A stretch of DNA of 64,000 bases from Candidatus Omnitrophota bacterium (GTDB taxonomy: Bacteria > Hinthialibacterota > Hinthialibacteria > Hinthialibacterales > Hinthialibacteraceae). The stretch covers positions 10,714-74,713 of the forward strand of contig JAFGTC010000309.1 of the NCBI GenBank assembly GCA_016934335.1, read 5' to 3'. Each line of letters opens with the position of its first letter. The first letter of the stretch is position 1. A model generated the notes under the pieces. That model ran no database searches, was not told the DNA's origin, and saw only the letters and a list, made by a program, of their open reading frames with translations. This document shows positions 1 to 10,570 of the stretch, piece by piece. Position numbers and translations under genes: made by a program.

Positions 1-16
1 ATGCAGGAGGATTCTA

Positions 17-1681
17 ATGACCTTTCATACTCCCATAAAATGTCACGCGCCGTGGATCGCCGTCCTTATCCTCGCATTTTCACTGGGGATCGGCGCAGGG
101 GAAAGTTTTGCTGATGAGAGCGTCGAACAGTGGAAAATATTTGAAGCGGCGTTCTCCAGTTCCAGCGACTACGAAAATCCCGTCCAGGATGTCAGCGTCA
201 ACGTCGAGTTTAAGGCGCCATCCGGCCGTACGAGCGTCTTTCATGCGTTTTGGAACGGCGGCCGCCGCTGGCTTGTTCGATTTTCCCCCAATGAAACCGG
301 CCCATGGCGATATAAAACCGCCTGCTCCGACGCGAACAATGCCGGTCTGCATAACCAAACCGGCGCTTTCGAATGTCAGGAAAACGGCTCCGATCTGCCC
401 TTCTACAAACATGGCGAACTGAGGCTGTCCCAAAATCGGCGCTACATCGAACACCAGGACGGCGCGCCGTTCTTCTGGCTGGCCGATACGGTCTGGTGCG
501 GCCCGGCGCTGGCGGATTACGAAGACTGGCTGGTTTTTCTTCAAGATCGGGCGGATAAGCAATTCACCGCCATTCAATTCGTCGTTGCGCAATGGCGCAT
601 GTTCGCGACGGACGCCGAGGGAAACGCCACGTTCACCGGACATGACCGGATCGCCATAAATCCCGCCTATTTTCAACGATTGGATCAATACTTCGACGCT
701 ATCAACCAGGCGGGGCTGGTCGCGGTTCCAGTTGTGCTCTGGGCCATACGAGGCGAGGAAAATCCCGGATATTCGCTCCCCGTCGATCAGCGCATCGTTT
801 TAGCGGATTACATCATCGCCCGCTACGGCGCGCATCAAGTGGTTTGGTTTCTCGGCGGCGACGGCGACTATTCCGGCGAAAAAGCCGATCCCTGGAAAAA
901 GATCGGCCGGGCGGTCTTCCATGACGACCAACGGCGCCTGGCGACCATGCATGTTTGCGGCCGCAGCTGGGCGGGCGAAGAATTCCGCCGCGAGCCTTGG
1001 TTCCACTTCATCAGTTATCAGAGCGGACACGGCGATGACGAAAAGACCTTCCGCTGGCTCAACCAAGGCCCTCCCAGCGCCGAGTGGGATAACGATCCGC
1101 CCCTTCCCGTCATCAACACAGAGCCCAATTACGAAGCCCACAACGGCTACACCTATCGGAAAGTGCATAACGACTTCTCCGTCCGGAGAGCCGCCTATTG
1201 GAGCCTGCTGGTCTCGCCGACGGCCGGCGTCACCTACGGCGGGCAAGGCATTTGGGGATGGCATGAACAAGTTCAGGCCCCGGCGGATCATCTCAGCACA
1301 GGCTTGGGCTCTCCCTGGCATGTCGCCAAAGATCTTCCCGGCGCTCTCTGCATGAAATATCTTCATCAATTCTTCCAATCGATCGACTGGCAGACATTAT
1401 CGCCCGCGCCGGAATTGCTGACCGATCAGCCCGGCCGCGAAGACGCATCCAAATTCATTGCCTGCGCCAAATCCGGCGATGGAAAACTGGCTGTGATTTA
1501 CATGCCGGAAGGCGGCGAAATCAACATCCAAACCTCCGGACTGGCCAAGAATATGCAAGCCAAACTTTTCCATCCCCGAACCGGCGGCTGGATCCAAGCG
1601 GGAACCGTACAGCAGCCTGTGCATACAGTCAAAACGCCGGATCGCAACGACTGGATCCTGCTATTGAAAGATGGCTCATAA
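17..1681 (+). CDS. Secreted DUF4038-type glycoside hydrolase (GH140-like / GH5-like fold), 554 aa
   Basis: ATG at 17 preceded by AGGAGG at 5-10. N-terminal signal peptide (WIAVLILAFSLGIGAG). The central region resembles DUF4038 catalytic domains. Family assignment is from memory only. Confidence 0.5.
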   Translation: MTFHTPIKCHAPWIAVLILAFSLGIGAGESFADESVEQWKIFEAAFSSSSDYENPVQDVSVNVEFKAPSGRTSVFHAFWNGGRRWLVRFSPNETGPWRYKTACSDANNAGLHNQTGAFECQENGSDLPFYKHGELRLSQNRRYIEHQDGAPFFWLADTVWCGPALADYEDWLVFLQDRADKQFTAIQFVVAQWRMFATDAEGNATFTGHDRIAINPAYFQRLDQYFDAINQAGLVAVPVVLWAIRGEENPGYSLPVDQRIVLADYIIARYGAHQVVWFLGGDGDYSGEKADPWKKIGRAVFHDDQRRLATMHVCGRSWAGEEFRREPWFHFISYQSGHGDDEKTFRWLNQGPPSAEWDNDPPLPVINTEPNYEAHNGYTYRKVHNDFSVRRAAYWSLLVSPTAGVTYGGQGIWGWHEQVQAPADHLSTGLGSPWHVAKDLPGALCMKYLHQFFQSIDWQTLSPAPELLTDQPGREDASKFIACAKSGDGKLAVIYMPEGGEINIQTSGLAKNMQAKLFHPRTGGWIQAGTVQQPVHTVKTPDRNDWILLLKDGS

Positions 1682-1717
1682 ATCGATGAGCGCCGGGGCA
1701 TGCCGATCTATGTAATC

Positions 1718-1742
1718 AACGATGAATGATTTCTTCATCGTT
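1718..1742 (+). terminator. Perfect 9-bp stem hairpin (AACGATGAA / TTCATCGTT) just after the hydrolase stop. Weak U-tract.
   Basis: Seen directly in sequence. No strong T-run follows, so intrinsic-terminator function is uncertain. Confidence 0.3.
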
Positions 1743-1825
1743 TAACGCCCTTCGCTCCTAGAGAACAAATCATGTAGAATTGAAAAGCCAACTTACGACG
1801 CACCTGAAAAGAAAGGATGCAAGTT

Positions 1826-2815
1826 ATGAAAATCAAAGCACAATTTTGGGCCTCTCTTTTATTGCTGTTCGCCTTGGCGACATGGACGCCCTCGACCGTC
1901 GACGCCTCGGAATCCGCCAGGATCCCCGTGATTTACGATTCCGACATCGGCGACGATATCGACGACACCTGGGCTCTGGGTCTTCTGCTCCGTTCGCCCG
2001 AAGTCGATTTGAAACTAGTCGTCGGCGACCAGGGAAAAACCGAATACCGCGCCAAACTCTTCGCCAAATTACTGGAGCGCGCGGGCCGCACCGATGTTCC
2101 CATCGGCATGGGGTTGGACGTCAACGCCCAGGGCGGCGGAAGACAATCCGACTGGGTGAAAGATTACGACCTCCAATCCTATCCGGGCAAAATTCACCCG
2201 GACGGCGTCCAGGCCATCATCGATACGATTATGAACTCGCCCGAACCGATCACGCTCATCGCCGTGGGCCCGCTTCCCAACATCGCGGAAGCCTTGAAGC
2301 GAGAGCCTCGCATCGCGCAGAAAGCCAAATTTGTGGGCATGCACGGCAGCGTGCGGCTTGGATACGGCGGCAGCCCGAATATATCCGCCGAATATAATGT
2401 GCGCGCCGACGCCAAAGCCTGCCAAAAAGTGTTCACCGCCCCCTGGGAAATGACCATCACCCCGCTCGACACCTGCGGATTGGTGGTTTTGGAGGGAGAG
2501 CGCTACGCCAAAGTGCGCGATTCGAAGAATCCCATCGCCGCCGCCATTATCGAAAATTATCGCATTTGGAACCAACAGTTCCAGAACAGCAATCCTGAAA
2601 CGCCTAACCAGAAAAGTTCAACCCTGTTTGACACGGTCGCCGTCTATTTGGCCTTCAACCAGGATTTTTGTCAGATGGAAAATCTGGGCATTCGCGTGAC
2701 CGATGATGGATACACGAAAATCGATCCCAGCGCCAAAGTTATGAAAGTCGCCTCCGAATGGATCAACATGGATGCCTTCAAAGATCTGCTCGTCAACCGA
2801 ATTACTGAAAATTGA
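1826..2815 (+). CDS. Inosine-uridine preferring nucleoside hydrolase family protein (secreted)
   Basis: N-terminal DSDIGDDIDDTWAL aspartate cluster typical of IU-NH. Signal peptide begins at the second ATG (1826) with AAAGGA RBS. The track ORF starts at 1817. Confidence 0.8.
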   Translation: MKIKAQFWASLLLLFALATWTPSTVDASESARIPVIYDSDIGDDIDDTWALGLLLRSPEVDLKLVVGDQGKTEYRAKLFAKLLERAGRTDVPIGMGLDVNAQGGGRQSDWVKDYDLQSYPGKIHPDGVQAIIDTIMNSPEPITLIAVGPLPNIAEALKREPRIAQKAKFVGMHGSVRLGYGGSPNISAEYNVRADAKACQKVFTAPWEMTITPLDTCGLVVLEGERYAKVRDSKNPIAAAIIENYRIWNQQFQNSNPETPNQKSSTLFDTVAVYLAFNQDFCQMENLGIRVTDDGYTKIDPSAKVMKVASEWINMDAFKDLLVNRITEN

Positions 2816-2860
2816 CGTTCAGATACCTTCAATCCCGTTTACAAACAGGCGCACACAACC

Positions 2861-2900
2861 AAGAAGGGCCGCACCAACAGGGCGGCCCTTCTTTTTTTCG
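2861..2900. terminator. Rho-independent terminator between convergent genes (12-bp perfect GC-rich stem AAGAAGGGCCGC/GCGGCCCTTCTT, 9-nt loop, T7 run)
   Basis: Seen in sequence. Lies between the nucleoside hydrolase stop (2815) and the pnp stop (2946). An A-run upstream and a T-run downstream suggest bidirectional use. Confidence 0.7.
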
Positions 2901-2945
2901 ATTTGATTTTTTTTCGATTTGATATTTATTACAGCGTTCTAATGA

Positions 2946-5306
2946 TTAATGGCGATCTCGACCGCCTTCGCCGCGATTCCGGTCGCTTCGGCGGCCGCGG
3001 TCCCCTCCGCCTCCGCCGCCCCGGCCTCGATCGCGTCCCCGGTCGCCGCCGCCTCGGCCTTTATTTCGGTCGTCTCGCTTTTCCCGATCACGGTATTCAT
3101 CGGGAGAGGTGCGCCCCGACGCACGATCCGCCAGTTTCTTGCTGAGATTAATGCGCCCAAGATCGTCGATTTCAATAACCTGGACGTCCACCTCGTCGCC
3201 TTCCTTGACGACGTCCTCCACGGTATTCACGCGGCGCTCGGCCAATTCAGAGATATGAATCAATCCCTCCTGACCGGGAATAATCTCCGCAAATGCGCCG
3301 AAATTCATAAGACGCGTGATCTTCCCTTTATAAATCCGCCCGATTTCAACTTCTTCGGTAAGCGTTTCAATCCAATTTCGCGCTTTGGCGCCGGCTTCTT
3401 CATCCATAGCGGCGATTACAACGCGCCCGTCGTCGTCGATATCGATTTTCGTACCGGTTTCCTGAATGATCTTGCGAATCATCTTGCCGCCCGGCCCGAT
3501 AACGTCGCGAATTTTTTCGATCGGAATGGTCAAAATCTGGATGCGCGGAGCGAGGGGACTGATGCTTTCCCGCGGCTTATCGATCGCCTGATCCATAATA
3601 TTCAGGATGTGAAGCCGACCCTGGCGGGCCTGCTCCAGCGCTTCGGCCATGATGGCGCGGGTGATGCCTTCAATTTTCAAATCCATCTGGAAGGCGGTAA
3701 TGCCGTTGCGCGTACCGGTCACCTTAAAATCCATATCTCCAAGATGATCTTCCACACCCAGAATGTCCGATAAAATCGCGTATTTCTCGCCGTCGCTGAT
3801 CAATCCCATGGCGATTCCCGCCACAGCCGATTTGGTCGGTACGCCGGCGTCCATCAACGAAAGCGAGCCGCCGCATACGCTGGCCATGGATGAAGATCCA
3901 TTGGATTCAAGGATTTCCGACACGACTCGAATCGTGTATGGGAAATCATCGTGACTGGGCAGCAGAGGAGTCAGCGACCGCTCCGCCAAGGCGCCGTGTC
4001 CAACTTCTCGCCGCCCCGGACCGCGCAAGGGCCGAACTTCGCCCACGCTGAAGGGGGGGAAATTATAATGCAGCAAAAACTGTTTATAGAAATCCGGTCG
4101 AATCCCGTCGATTTTTTGCTCGTCATCGACCGTGCCCAATGTCGTGACAACCATGGCCTGCGTCTGGCCGCGAGTAAACAAAGCGGAGCCATGCGCTCGG
4201 GGCACAACGCCCAATTCGCAGGTAATGGGCCGTATTTCGTCGGGGCGGCGATTGTCGCTGCGCAGCCGTTCATGTAGAACGCGGTTGCGCATGATCTCTT
4301 TTTCGAGATCGTGAAAGATATTTCCGATTTGTTTGGGAGCGGACGCTATTTGCTCCTTGTAAGCCGCCGCCGCTTCTACATCTTCCGCAGAAATTTCGCC
4401 CCGATCCAAAGCGCCCTGATGCTCCGCCGCCAATTCAGCGAGAATTTGAGAACTCGTTTCCTCTAAGACGGCGTCCAAAGCGGCCTGCCGTTCATGCTTG
4501 TCTAGAATGACATTGGCCTCCTTGACGCGGGATTCGGCCAATTCACGAACGCGAAGTTGGAGTTTTTCATCGACGGCGGGCGGGATGAATTCAATTTTCG
4601 GCTTTCCACAAACCGACCGGAATTCCGTGATAAGTTCGATTTCCTGCTTGATGACGCTGTGCGCCAAATCCAAAGCGTCGAGGATCACTTCCTCCGTCTC
4701 TTCTTCAGCGCCCCCTTCCACCATCATGATGGCGTTTTTCGAGCCGGCGATGGTCAGATTGACCGTTCCTTCTTGGATGTCATCCGCATTGGGATTCACG
4801 ATCAGTTCGCCGTCCTTCCGACTGATGCGGACGGCGCCCAACGGCCCGTTAAAGGGGATCTCGGAAATCTCCAGCGCGGCGAAGGCGGCGATCATCCCGC
4901 AGATGTCCGCTTCATTTTCGCCGTCGTACGAAATCACTTTCAACAAAACCTGGACTTCTTCCTTGAATCCGTCCGGGAAAAGAGGACGCATAGGACGATC
5001 GATGCACCGTGAAACCAGCGTCTCTCGATCGGTGGGCCGCCCCTCGCGCTTGAAAAAGCCGCCGGGGAATTTTCCCGCAGCGTACATCGGTTCGCGATAA
5101 TCCACTGTCAGGGGGAAGAAGTCGATATCCGGCCGATTGACGGGGGCCATGCAAACCGTGGCGAGCACCATCGTGTCGCCTATGCGCGCTGTGACGGAGG
5201 CATTGGCTTGTTTGGCGATGCGCCCGGTTTCGAGTGTGAGCAGTTTTCCAGCGATTTCTTTGGAAACATTGACGACTTGCTGGGTGAGCGTCGTTTCATT
5301 CATCAT
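2946..5306 (-). CDS. pnp: Polynucleotide phosphorylase (PNPase) with C-terminal RGG/RD-rich tail
   Basis: Two RNase PH domains plus KH and S1 domains are recognisable. ATG at 5306 with AAGGAAAA RBS (the track ORF begins at GTG 5339). The last ~45 aa are GRGGGDRGRDRGRGGGGGGDRGRR... Confidence 0.95.
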   Translation of the reverse strand: MMNETTLTQQVVNVSKEIAGKLLTLETGRIAKQANASVTARIGDTMVLATVCMAPVNRPDIDFFPLTVDYREPMYAAGKFPGGFFKREGRPTDRETLVSRCIDRPMRPLFPDGFKEEVQVLLKVISYDGENEADICGMIAAFAALEISEIPFNGPLGAVRISRKDGELIVNPNADDIQEGTVNLTIAGSKNAIMMVEGGAEEETEEVILDALDLAHSVIKQEIELITEFRSVCGKPKIEFIPPAVDEKLQLRVRELAESRVKEANVILDKHERQAALDAVLEETSSQILAELAAEHQGALDRGEISAEDVEAAAAYKEQIASAPKQIGNIFHDLEKEIMRNRVLHERLRSDNRRPDEIRPITCELGVVPRAHGSALFTRGQTQAMVVTTLGTVDDEQKIDGIRPDFYKQFLLHYNFPPFSVGEVRPLRGPGRREVGHGALAERSLTPLLPSHDDFPYTIRVVSEILESNGSSSMASVCGGSLSLMDAGVPTKSAVAGIAMGLISDGEKYAILSDILGVEDHLGDMDFKVTGTRNGITAFQMDLKIEGITRAIMAEALEQARQGRLHILNIMDQAIDKPRESISPLAPRIQILTIPIEKIRDVIGPGGKMIRKIIQETGTKIDIDDDGRVVIAAMDEEAGAKARNWIETLTEEVEIGRIYKGKITRLMNFGAFAEIIPGQEGLIHISELAERRVNTVEDVVKEGDEVDVQVIEIDDLGRINLSKKLADRASGRTSPDEYRDREKRDDRNKGRGGGDRGRDRGRGGGGGGDRGRRSDRNRGEGGRDRH

Positions 5307-5400
5307 AATTTTCCTTTCATCCGGTTCTAGCTGCACCACTAGCGTTTACAACAAAACACTCGATGAAAAGAAAAAAAACAATATCACGCTATATGCATAA

Positions 5401-5427
5401 ACGAAAAGAGCCTCGGACCGGCCGAGG
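5401..5427 (-). terminator. Hairpin (CCTCGG-N5-CCGAGG) followed by a U-rich run on the minus strand, in the rpsO-pnp intergenic leader. Putative attenuator or terminator.
   Basis: Seen in sequence. By analogy with the enterobacterial rpsO terminator and pnp leader. The intergenic region is long (~330 nt) and may be further structured. Confidence 0.35.
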
Positions 5428-5640
5428 AAGATCCTTCACGCAGTAAGCGGATATAGAGATTAGGCGGAGAGATGGAAAGAGAGGGATATCCTTCGTCACC
5501 CAGACTAGGACGTAAAAAGTTCCTGCGAACTTTCGACCTCCTAATCGGGGCAACGGGAAAAAAACCATCCTGCTCTCTTTCCATTCCAACACCGCTTTTC
5601 TATCATCGAGGACTATGCGGCAATGGCAAAGAAGGCTAGC

Positions 5641-5910
5641 TTAGCGGCGTAGTCCTAATCGTTCGATCAATTCACGATAACGATTGATTTCTTTGTTCTT
5701 CAGATAATCCAGCAAACGGCGGCGCTGACTGACCATTTGAATCAATCCGCGGCGCGAATGATGATCCTTCATGTGAACCTTGAAATGCTCCGTCAGGTTC
5801 TTGATTTTCTCCGATAAGATGGCAATTTGCACTTCCGGCGAGCCGGTATCGGTGTCATGAACCTTAAACGATTCAATCAACTCTTTTTTTCGTTCAAGTG
5901 TAATGGACAA
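5641..5910 (-). CDS. rpsO: 30S ribosomal protein S15
   Basis: 89 aa, aligns by eye to E. coli S15 (HHSRRGLxxMVSQRRxLLDYLK). Apparent TTG start at 5910 with a perfect GGAGGTG RBS and no in-frame upstream ATG. Confidence 0.93.
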   Translation of the reverse strand: MSITLERKKELIESFKVHDTDTGSPEVQIAILSEKIKNLTEHFKVHMKDHHSRRGLIQMVSQRRRLLDYLKNKEINRYRELIERLGLRR

Positions 5911-5989
5911 TGTCGCACCTCCGAAAACTGCAACAGGTTTCTATTTTTTATACGATATTTTTGTATTCACAAATCGCTTTTACACGTCA

Positions 5990-6931
5990 TTAATTCTGAA
6001 ATACTTTGACCGGTTTGATCACGCGAAGATTGCCGGCCAGGGCGTCCAATTGATCGGAGCTCATCAACGATTCGCCGATTCCCACTAGGGAGCCGTCCCG
6101 GCTGGCGACTCGAATCATGGATCCCGATTCGAACGGCTCGTTGCATCGAGAGATCAAACCGCCCGAGAGAAAGCGCCCGCAGCGAAACGACGCAATGCCT
6201 TCCGATCCAACCGTTACAGACGGCATAGAAGAAAGAGCGTCATTCATGCTGCATAGATGCTTCTCAATATCGCCGGGCGTTTGCAGCGCATCGAGCGGCG
6301 CGGCGTTGTCCACATGAAACGCTCCGCAGCGCACGCGCACCAGCCCGGACATCGCCGCCCCCGTCCCCAAAGACTGCCCGATGTCATGACATAACGTGCG
6401 GATATACGTTCCTTTGCCGCATGTGACATGAAACCGGACGGCGGGCAGCGAAATTTCATCTAATATTAGTTGGTGGATAAATATCTTACAAGGGTCTCGC
6501 TTCACTTCCACCCCTTTACGGGCCAGTTCGTAAAGCCGCTTCCCTTTATGATGCTTGGCGGACACCATCGGAGGAATCTGCTCCAACTCGCCAAGAAACC
6601 GGTTGAGTACGGAAACGACTTCATCCTGCGTGAAGGAGGGCACTTCGTTTTCTTCCAGAATCTGACCTGTGGTATCCTGGGTGTCCGTCACGACGCCCAA
6701 CCGCATCTCGATGGAATATTCCTTGTCTTGCGCTATCAAAAACTGCTGAATTTTGGTGGCGCGGCCGATGCAGATGGGCAGCACGCCGGTCGCCATGGGA
6801 TCCAGAGTGCCGGTATGACCCACTTGCCGCTCTCCGGCGGACCGCCGAATCGCGTCAACCACATCGTGCGACGTCATCCCAGCCGGTTTATCAATGTTGA
6901 GAACGCCGTTGAATTTAGGGGCTGTTTTCAT
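5990..6931 (-). CDS. truB: tRNA pseudouridine(55) synthase TruB with C-terminal PUA-like extension
   Basis: KPAGMTSHDVV motif. ATG at 6931 immediately follows the rbfA stop (6932-6934). GAGGA RBS sits inside the rbfA 3-prime end. Confidence 0.9.
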   Translation of the reverse strand: MKTAPKFNGVLNIDKPAGMTSHDVVDAIRRSAGERQVGHTGTLDPMATGVLPICIGRATKIQQFLIAQDKEYSIEMRLGVVTDTQDTTGQILEENEVPSFTQDEVVSVLNRFLGELEQIPPMVSAKHHKGKRLYELARKGVEVKRDPCKIFIHQLILDEISLPAVRFHVTCGKGTYIRTLCHDIGQSLGTGAAMSGLVRVRCGAFHVDNAAPLDALQTPGDIEKHLCSMNDALSSMPSVTVGSEGIASFRCGRFLSGGLISRCNEPFESGSMIRVASRDGSLVGIGESLMSSDQLDALAGNLRVIKPVKVFQN

Positions 6932-7306
6932 TTATTCCTCAATGGGCTGTTGTTCTTCTTCTTGGCGTATTTGCTCCAAGGTTTGAAAAATGCGCTCCGC
7001 TTTATCGAGCGAATCGTCGTAGCGAAACTCGAGATTGGGAATGCGCTTCAACCGAAGCCGCGAAAACAACAGTTTTTGGATTTGTCTCGACCGCTGATTG
7101 GCGGCATCCACGATCACGTCAGGATCCTCGTTTTTGTGCGAAGCGATGAATACGAAGGCATGATAAAGATCGCGCGTCGTCCGCACTTCCGTAACCGTCA
7201 GCGAACGAAGCGAATCATCCTGCAACTCCATCAACAGAATCGAAGCGATTTCTTCCTGGAGAAGGCGATTGATTTGAGATATTCGATAGGTCTTTTTTTG
7301 CGTCAT
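6932..7306 (-). CDS. rbfA: Ribosome-binding factor A
   Basis: Conserved RbfA core with operon context (infB-rbfA-truB). Second ATG (7306) has AAGGTGA RBS at correct spacing. The track ORF starts at 7312. Confidence 0.9.
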   Translation of the reverse strand: MTQKKTYRISQINRLLQEEIASILLMELQDDSLRSLTVTEVRTTRDLYHAFVFIASHKNEDPDVIVDAANQRSRQIQKLLFSRLRLKRIPNLEFRYDDSLDKAERIFQTLEQIRQEEEQQPIEE

Positions 7307-7404
7307 GATCATTCACCTTTCCGGATCGCTCGAATCCCCGCGCCCCGCGAAGAAAAGCGTCGCATCTCTTCCCTCCCCGCTCATTCCGCCTGAGCCGAGG
7401 CGCT

Positions 7405-7704
7405 TCAATAAAAGTCGATATGATGATCGGTTGTAAGGATCGAAGGCTCGGATTCGATCAGATCCAGGATCCTGTTCAAATCGCGCTCCGCAGCGACTCG
7501 CTGATTCGCCACTCGCGCAATTGTCAGCGTGCAGCGCTGCCAGGCGTCCTGCCCGTCCGTTTCGGCTAAAGATACGTTGAATCGCCGCCGGATGCGATCT
7601 TTGAGGCTCAAAACGACTTTTCGCTTCTGCTTGAGCGATTGGGCCTCAGGAATATGGAAGGCGACTTCGAGAACACCCAAATACATCTGACTGACGCTGC
7701 TCAC
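7405..7704 (-). CDS. DUF503 (YlxP-like) protein
   Basis: About 95 aa. Typical position between infB and rbfA. Start ambiguous (GTG 7704 or ATG 7686). Confidence 0.7.
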   Translation of the reverse strand: MSSVSQMYLGVLEVAFHIPEAQSLKQKRKVVLSLKDRIRRRFNVSLAETDGQDAWQRCTLTIARVANQRVAAERDLNRILDLIESEPSILTTDHHIDFY

Positions 7705-7733
7705 GCCGGCGTTTTCACGACTACGGCTAAGGT

Positions 7734-10514
7734 CTATAGGGTTGGCGCAACCTCATCCATCTGATAGCACTCAATGACGTCGCCTTCCCGGATATCGTTG
7801 AAATTTTCCAAGCCAATTCCGCATTCAAAGCCGGATTGAACTTCGCGCACGTCTTCTTTGAATCGCCGCAGCGACGAGAGACTGCCTTCGTGCACTACAA
7901 CGGAATCGCGCAAGAGACGAACCGGCGCGTTGCGCAGCAACCGCCCGTTTTGTATGTACAATCCCGCGATGCTCAAGCCGCGCGAAAGGCGGAAGACTTC
8001 GCGCACTTCGCCGCGGCCCAAAATTCGTTCTTCATACGTTTTATCCAGCATCCCTTCCATCGCGTTTTTGACGTCGGAGATGACTTGATAAATAATTCGG
8101 TACGTTCGAATATCGACATGCTCTCGCTTGGCCAAATCGGTTACATGCGGATGAGGTCGGACATTGAAGCCGATGATGACCGCATTGGATGCGGAAGCCA
8201 GCATCACGTCCGATTCGGAAATCGCGCCCACGCCGCTGTGGATGATCTCGATGCGCACTTTCTCGCTTTCGATCTTCAACAAATTCTCGCTGACGGCGCC
8301 GACGGATCCCTGCACATCGCCTTTGACGATGACGTTTAATTCTTTGATCGCACCTTCCTGAATCTGCGAATGCAGATCATCCAGCGTGACATGACGGGTG
8401 CGGCGCATGTCGCGTTCGCGTTGAATCTGCTGGAGACGAGCGCTGATTTGCTTGGCCTGATTGTCGTCTTTGACGACGATGAACGGGTCGCCGGCGCTGG
8501 GTACGTCTTCAATGCCCAGAATTTCCACCGGCGTGGAGGGGCCCGCCTCCTCGAGCATTTCGCCTCGTTCATTCTGCATGGCGCGCACTCGCCCCGAATA
8601 AACTCCGGTGACGAACGGATCGCCGACTTTCAACCTGCCTTGTTGAATCAGAATGGTGGCGACGGGGCCTCGCCCCTGCTCCAAACGGCCTTCGACTATA
8701 GTTCCCCGCGCCCGGCACATCGGATCGGCTTTCAACTCCAACAACTCCGCCTGCAGCAAGACCGTTTCGAGAAGATCGTCGATGCCTTCTTTTTTCAAAG
8801 CGGAAATGGGCGCCATAATGGTTTGTCCGCCCCACTCTTCGGGCGTCAAACCGTATTCCGACAACTGCTGCTTGACCCGATCGGGATTGGCGTTTTCCAA
8901 ATCCATCTTATTCACCGCCACAATGATCGGCACGCCGGCGGCTTTCGCGTGATGGATGGCCTCAATAGTCTGGGGCATAACTCCATCCGCAGCGGATACG
9001 ACCAGGATGACGATGTCCGTCACCATGGCGCCCCGCGCGCGCATGGCCGTAAACGCTTCGTGACCCGGCGTATCAAGAAAAGCAATCAATCCCCCTTTTG
9101 TATTCACCAAATAGGCGCCGATATGCTGGGTGATGCCCCCTGCTTCATGCGAAGCAATATCCGACTGGCGAACGGCGTCTAACAACTTAGTCTTTCCGTG
9201 ATCGACGTGCCCCATGATCGTCACGACCGGCGAGCGCGTCACCATTCGCTCTTCTAGGGTGTCTTCCTGCCAGAGCTGCGTAAAAATGTCGTTATCAAAG
9301 AGATCGACTTTTTCGACATGAAACCCGTAATCATCGGCGATGATTTGGATGGTTTCAAATTCCAAAGGCTGATTGATGGATACCATCACGCCCATGGAAA
9401 TCAATTTTTGTATCAACTCCGAGGCGGATACACCCAATCCATTGGCCACATCGGCGACGGTCGAAGCGTCGTGAATCTTGAGAATCGTCTTTTCTCTCTC
9501 GCTCTTTTCGACTTCCGCCGCAATTTGCTGTTCACGCCGCTCTCGCTTTTCCCGCTTCCAGGCCATTTTTCCCTTTTTGCCTCTCCCCGAAGGCTTCTGA
9601 GGGCGACGCCGTGGAGCGCCGCGAGGGGCGGCTTCGCTTTTGACCGGTTCTTCGGGCTCTTGTTCTTGCGCTTCTTCGGGCTCGGCCGCTCGCCGCTGCT
9701 TCATTTTAAGTTTTTGAATCTCGCGGCGAATCGCTTCGTCTTCATCGTGCCCTTTTACGCGGGTTTTCTCTTTGACTTCTTCCGGCTCCAAATCCACGAC
9801 GGTGGAGGATTTATCTTCAAGGGAAGTCAAATCCAATTCGGGGGCTTCGATAATAATCTCAGGTTCTCCTTTATGTTCCTTTATGGCATCAAGGGGAATC
9901 GCTTTGGTTTTCGCGCGTTTGTCTGGACGTTTGTCTTTGACCTTTTTGGCCTTTTTAGACTCGTCCTTTTTCGGGAGGGGTGCGGGCGCCTCGGCTTCCT
10001 TCGCTTCTTTTTCTTCGACCTGGGCCGACTCAGCGGAAGACGCTTCTTTTATATCCGCTGGAACTGCTTCCACAGAGGCCGATTCAGCCGGCGGCTCAAC
10101 GACCGGACTCGTCTTTTGGGATTCGTCAGACTTCAGCGTCTCCGGCGCAACGGCTTCGGCGGGCGCGGCTTCTACAGGAGTTTCTTGGGAAGCCATCGCC
10201 TCAGTTTCAACCGTTTCGGGCTGTTCCGCTTGCAATTCATCGGAGGCCTCCGCCCTGACTTCGACGGGCGCTTCTTCCTTCTTGGATGGCTTCCAATTTT
10301 TCGGCCGGCGGATTTTAGCGAAGCGTCTGGAGGGCTTCTCTGGCTTCTCGCTCTCTTTGGGCTCTACTTTGCCAAAATGCTGCAGCAATAATTCGATCGT
10401 CCCTTCGTCAAGAGAAGAACTATGACTTTTTCCACGAACTCCAATGGATTCAAGATAGTCAATTATTGCTTTGTTTTCGAGCCCGTATTTCCGAGCGATC
10501 TGATTAATTCTCAT
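7734..10514 (-). CDS. infB: Translation initiation factor IF-2
   Basis: G-domain motifs [13 protein letters not shown] and NKMD. Long low-complexity E/A/P/K-rich N-terminus. ATG at 10514 ([11 protein letters not shown]) with GAGGG RBS. The track ORF extends to 10547. Confidence 0.95.
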   Translation of the reverse strand: MRINQIARKYGLENKAIIDYLESIGVRGKSHSSSLDEGTIELLLQHFGKVEPKESEKPEKPSRRFAKIRRPKNWKPSKKEEAPVEVRAEASDELQAEQPETVETEAMASQETPVEAAPAEAVAPETLKSDESQKTSPVVEPPAESASVEAVPADIKEASSAESAQVEEKEAKEAEAPAPLPKKDESKKAKKVKDKRPDKRAKTKAIPLDAIKEHKGEPEIIIEAPELDLTSLEDKSSTVVDLEPEEVKEKTRVKGHDEDEAIRREIQKLKMKQRRAAEPEEAQEQEPEEPVKSEAAPRGAPRRRPQKPSGRGKKGKMAWKREKRERREQQIAAEVEKSEREKTILKIHDASTVADVANGLGVSASELIQKLISMGVMVSINQPLEFETIQIIADDYGFHVEKVDLFDNDIFTQLWQEDTLEERMVTRSPVVTIMGHVDHGKTKLLDAVRQSDIASHEAGGITQHIGAYLVNTKGGLIAFLDTPGHEAFTAMRARGAMVTDIVILVVSAADGVMPQTIEAIHHAKAAGVPIIVAVNKMDLENANPDRVKQQLSEYGLTPEEWGGQTIMAPISALKKEGIDDLLETVLLQAELLELKADPMCRARGTIVEGRLEQGRGPVATILIQQGRLKVGDPFVTGVYSGRVRAMQNERGEMLEEAGPSTPVEILGIEDVPSAGDPFIVVKDDNQAKQISARLQQIQRERDMRRTRHVTLDDLHSQIQEGAIKELNVIVKGDVQGSVGAVSENLLKIESEKVRIEIIHSGVGAISESDVMLASASNAVIIGFNVRPHPHVTDLAKREHVDIRTYRIIYQVISDVKNAMEGMLDKTYEERILGRGEVREVFRLSRGLSIAGLYIQNGRLLRNAPVRLLRDSVVVHEGSLSSLRRFKEDVREVQSGFECGIGLENFNDIREGDVIECYQMDEVAPTL

Positions 10515-10570
10515 ATACGCAATTACCCTCAGGATAAACTTTCTCATCCTAGATTGAATTCTATCCGCTT

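Noticed and set aside
2949-3773. 274-aa ORF on the plus strand
   Set aside because: It is entirely antisense to the well-supported pnp gene. It has Ala/Ser-rich low-complexity translation and no RBS.
6470-7393. 307-aa plus-strand ORF
   Set aside because: Antisense to truB and rbfA. No recognisable domain. Typical shadow ORF of GC-rich coding DNA.
7741-7775. CIRCE-like half-site (TAGCACTC) match
   Set aside because: It lies inside the infB coding sequence, lacks the inverted partner at N9 spacing, and is not upstream of any chaperone gene.
8370-10391. Several plus-strand ORFs (270, 357, 217 aa)
   Set aside because: All lie antisense within infB. Their translations are low-complexity (R/G/F-rich or S/A-rich), consistent with shadow frames.
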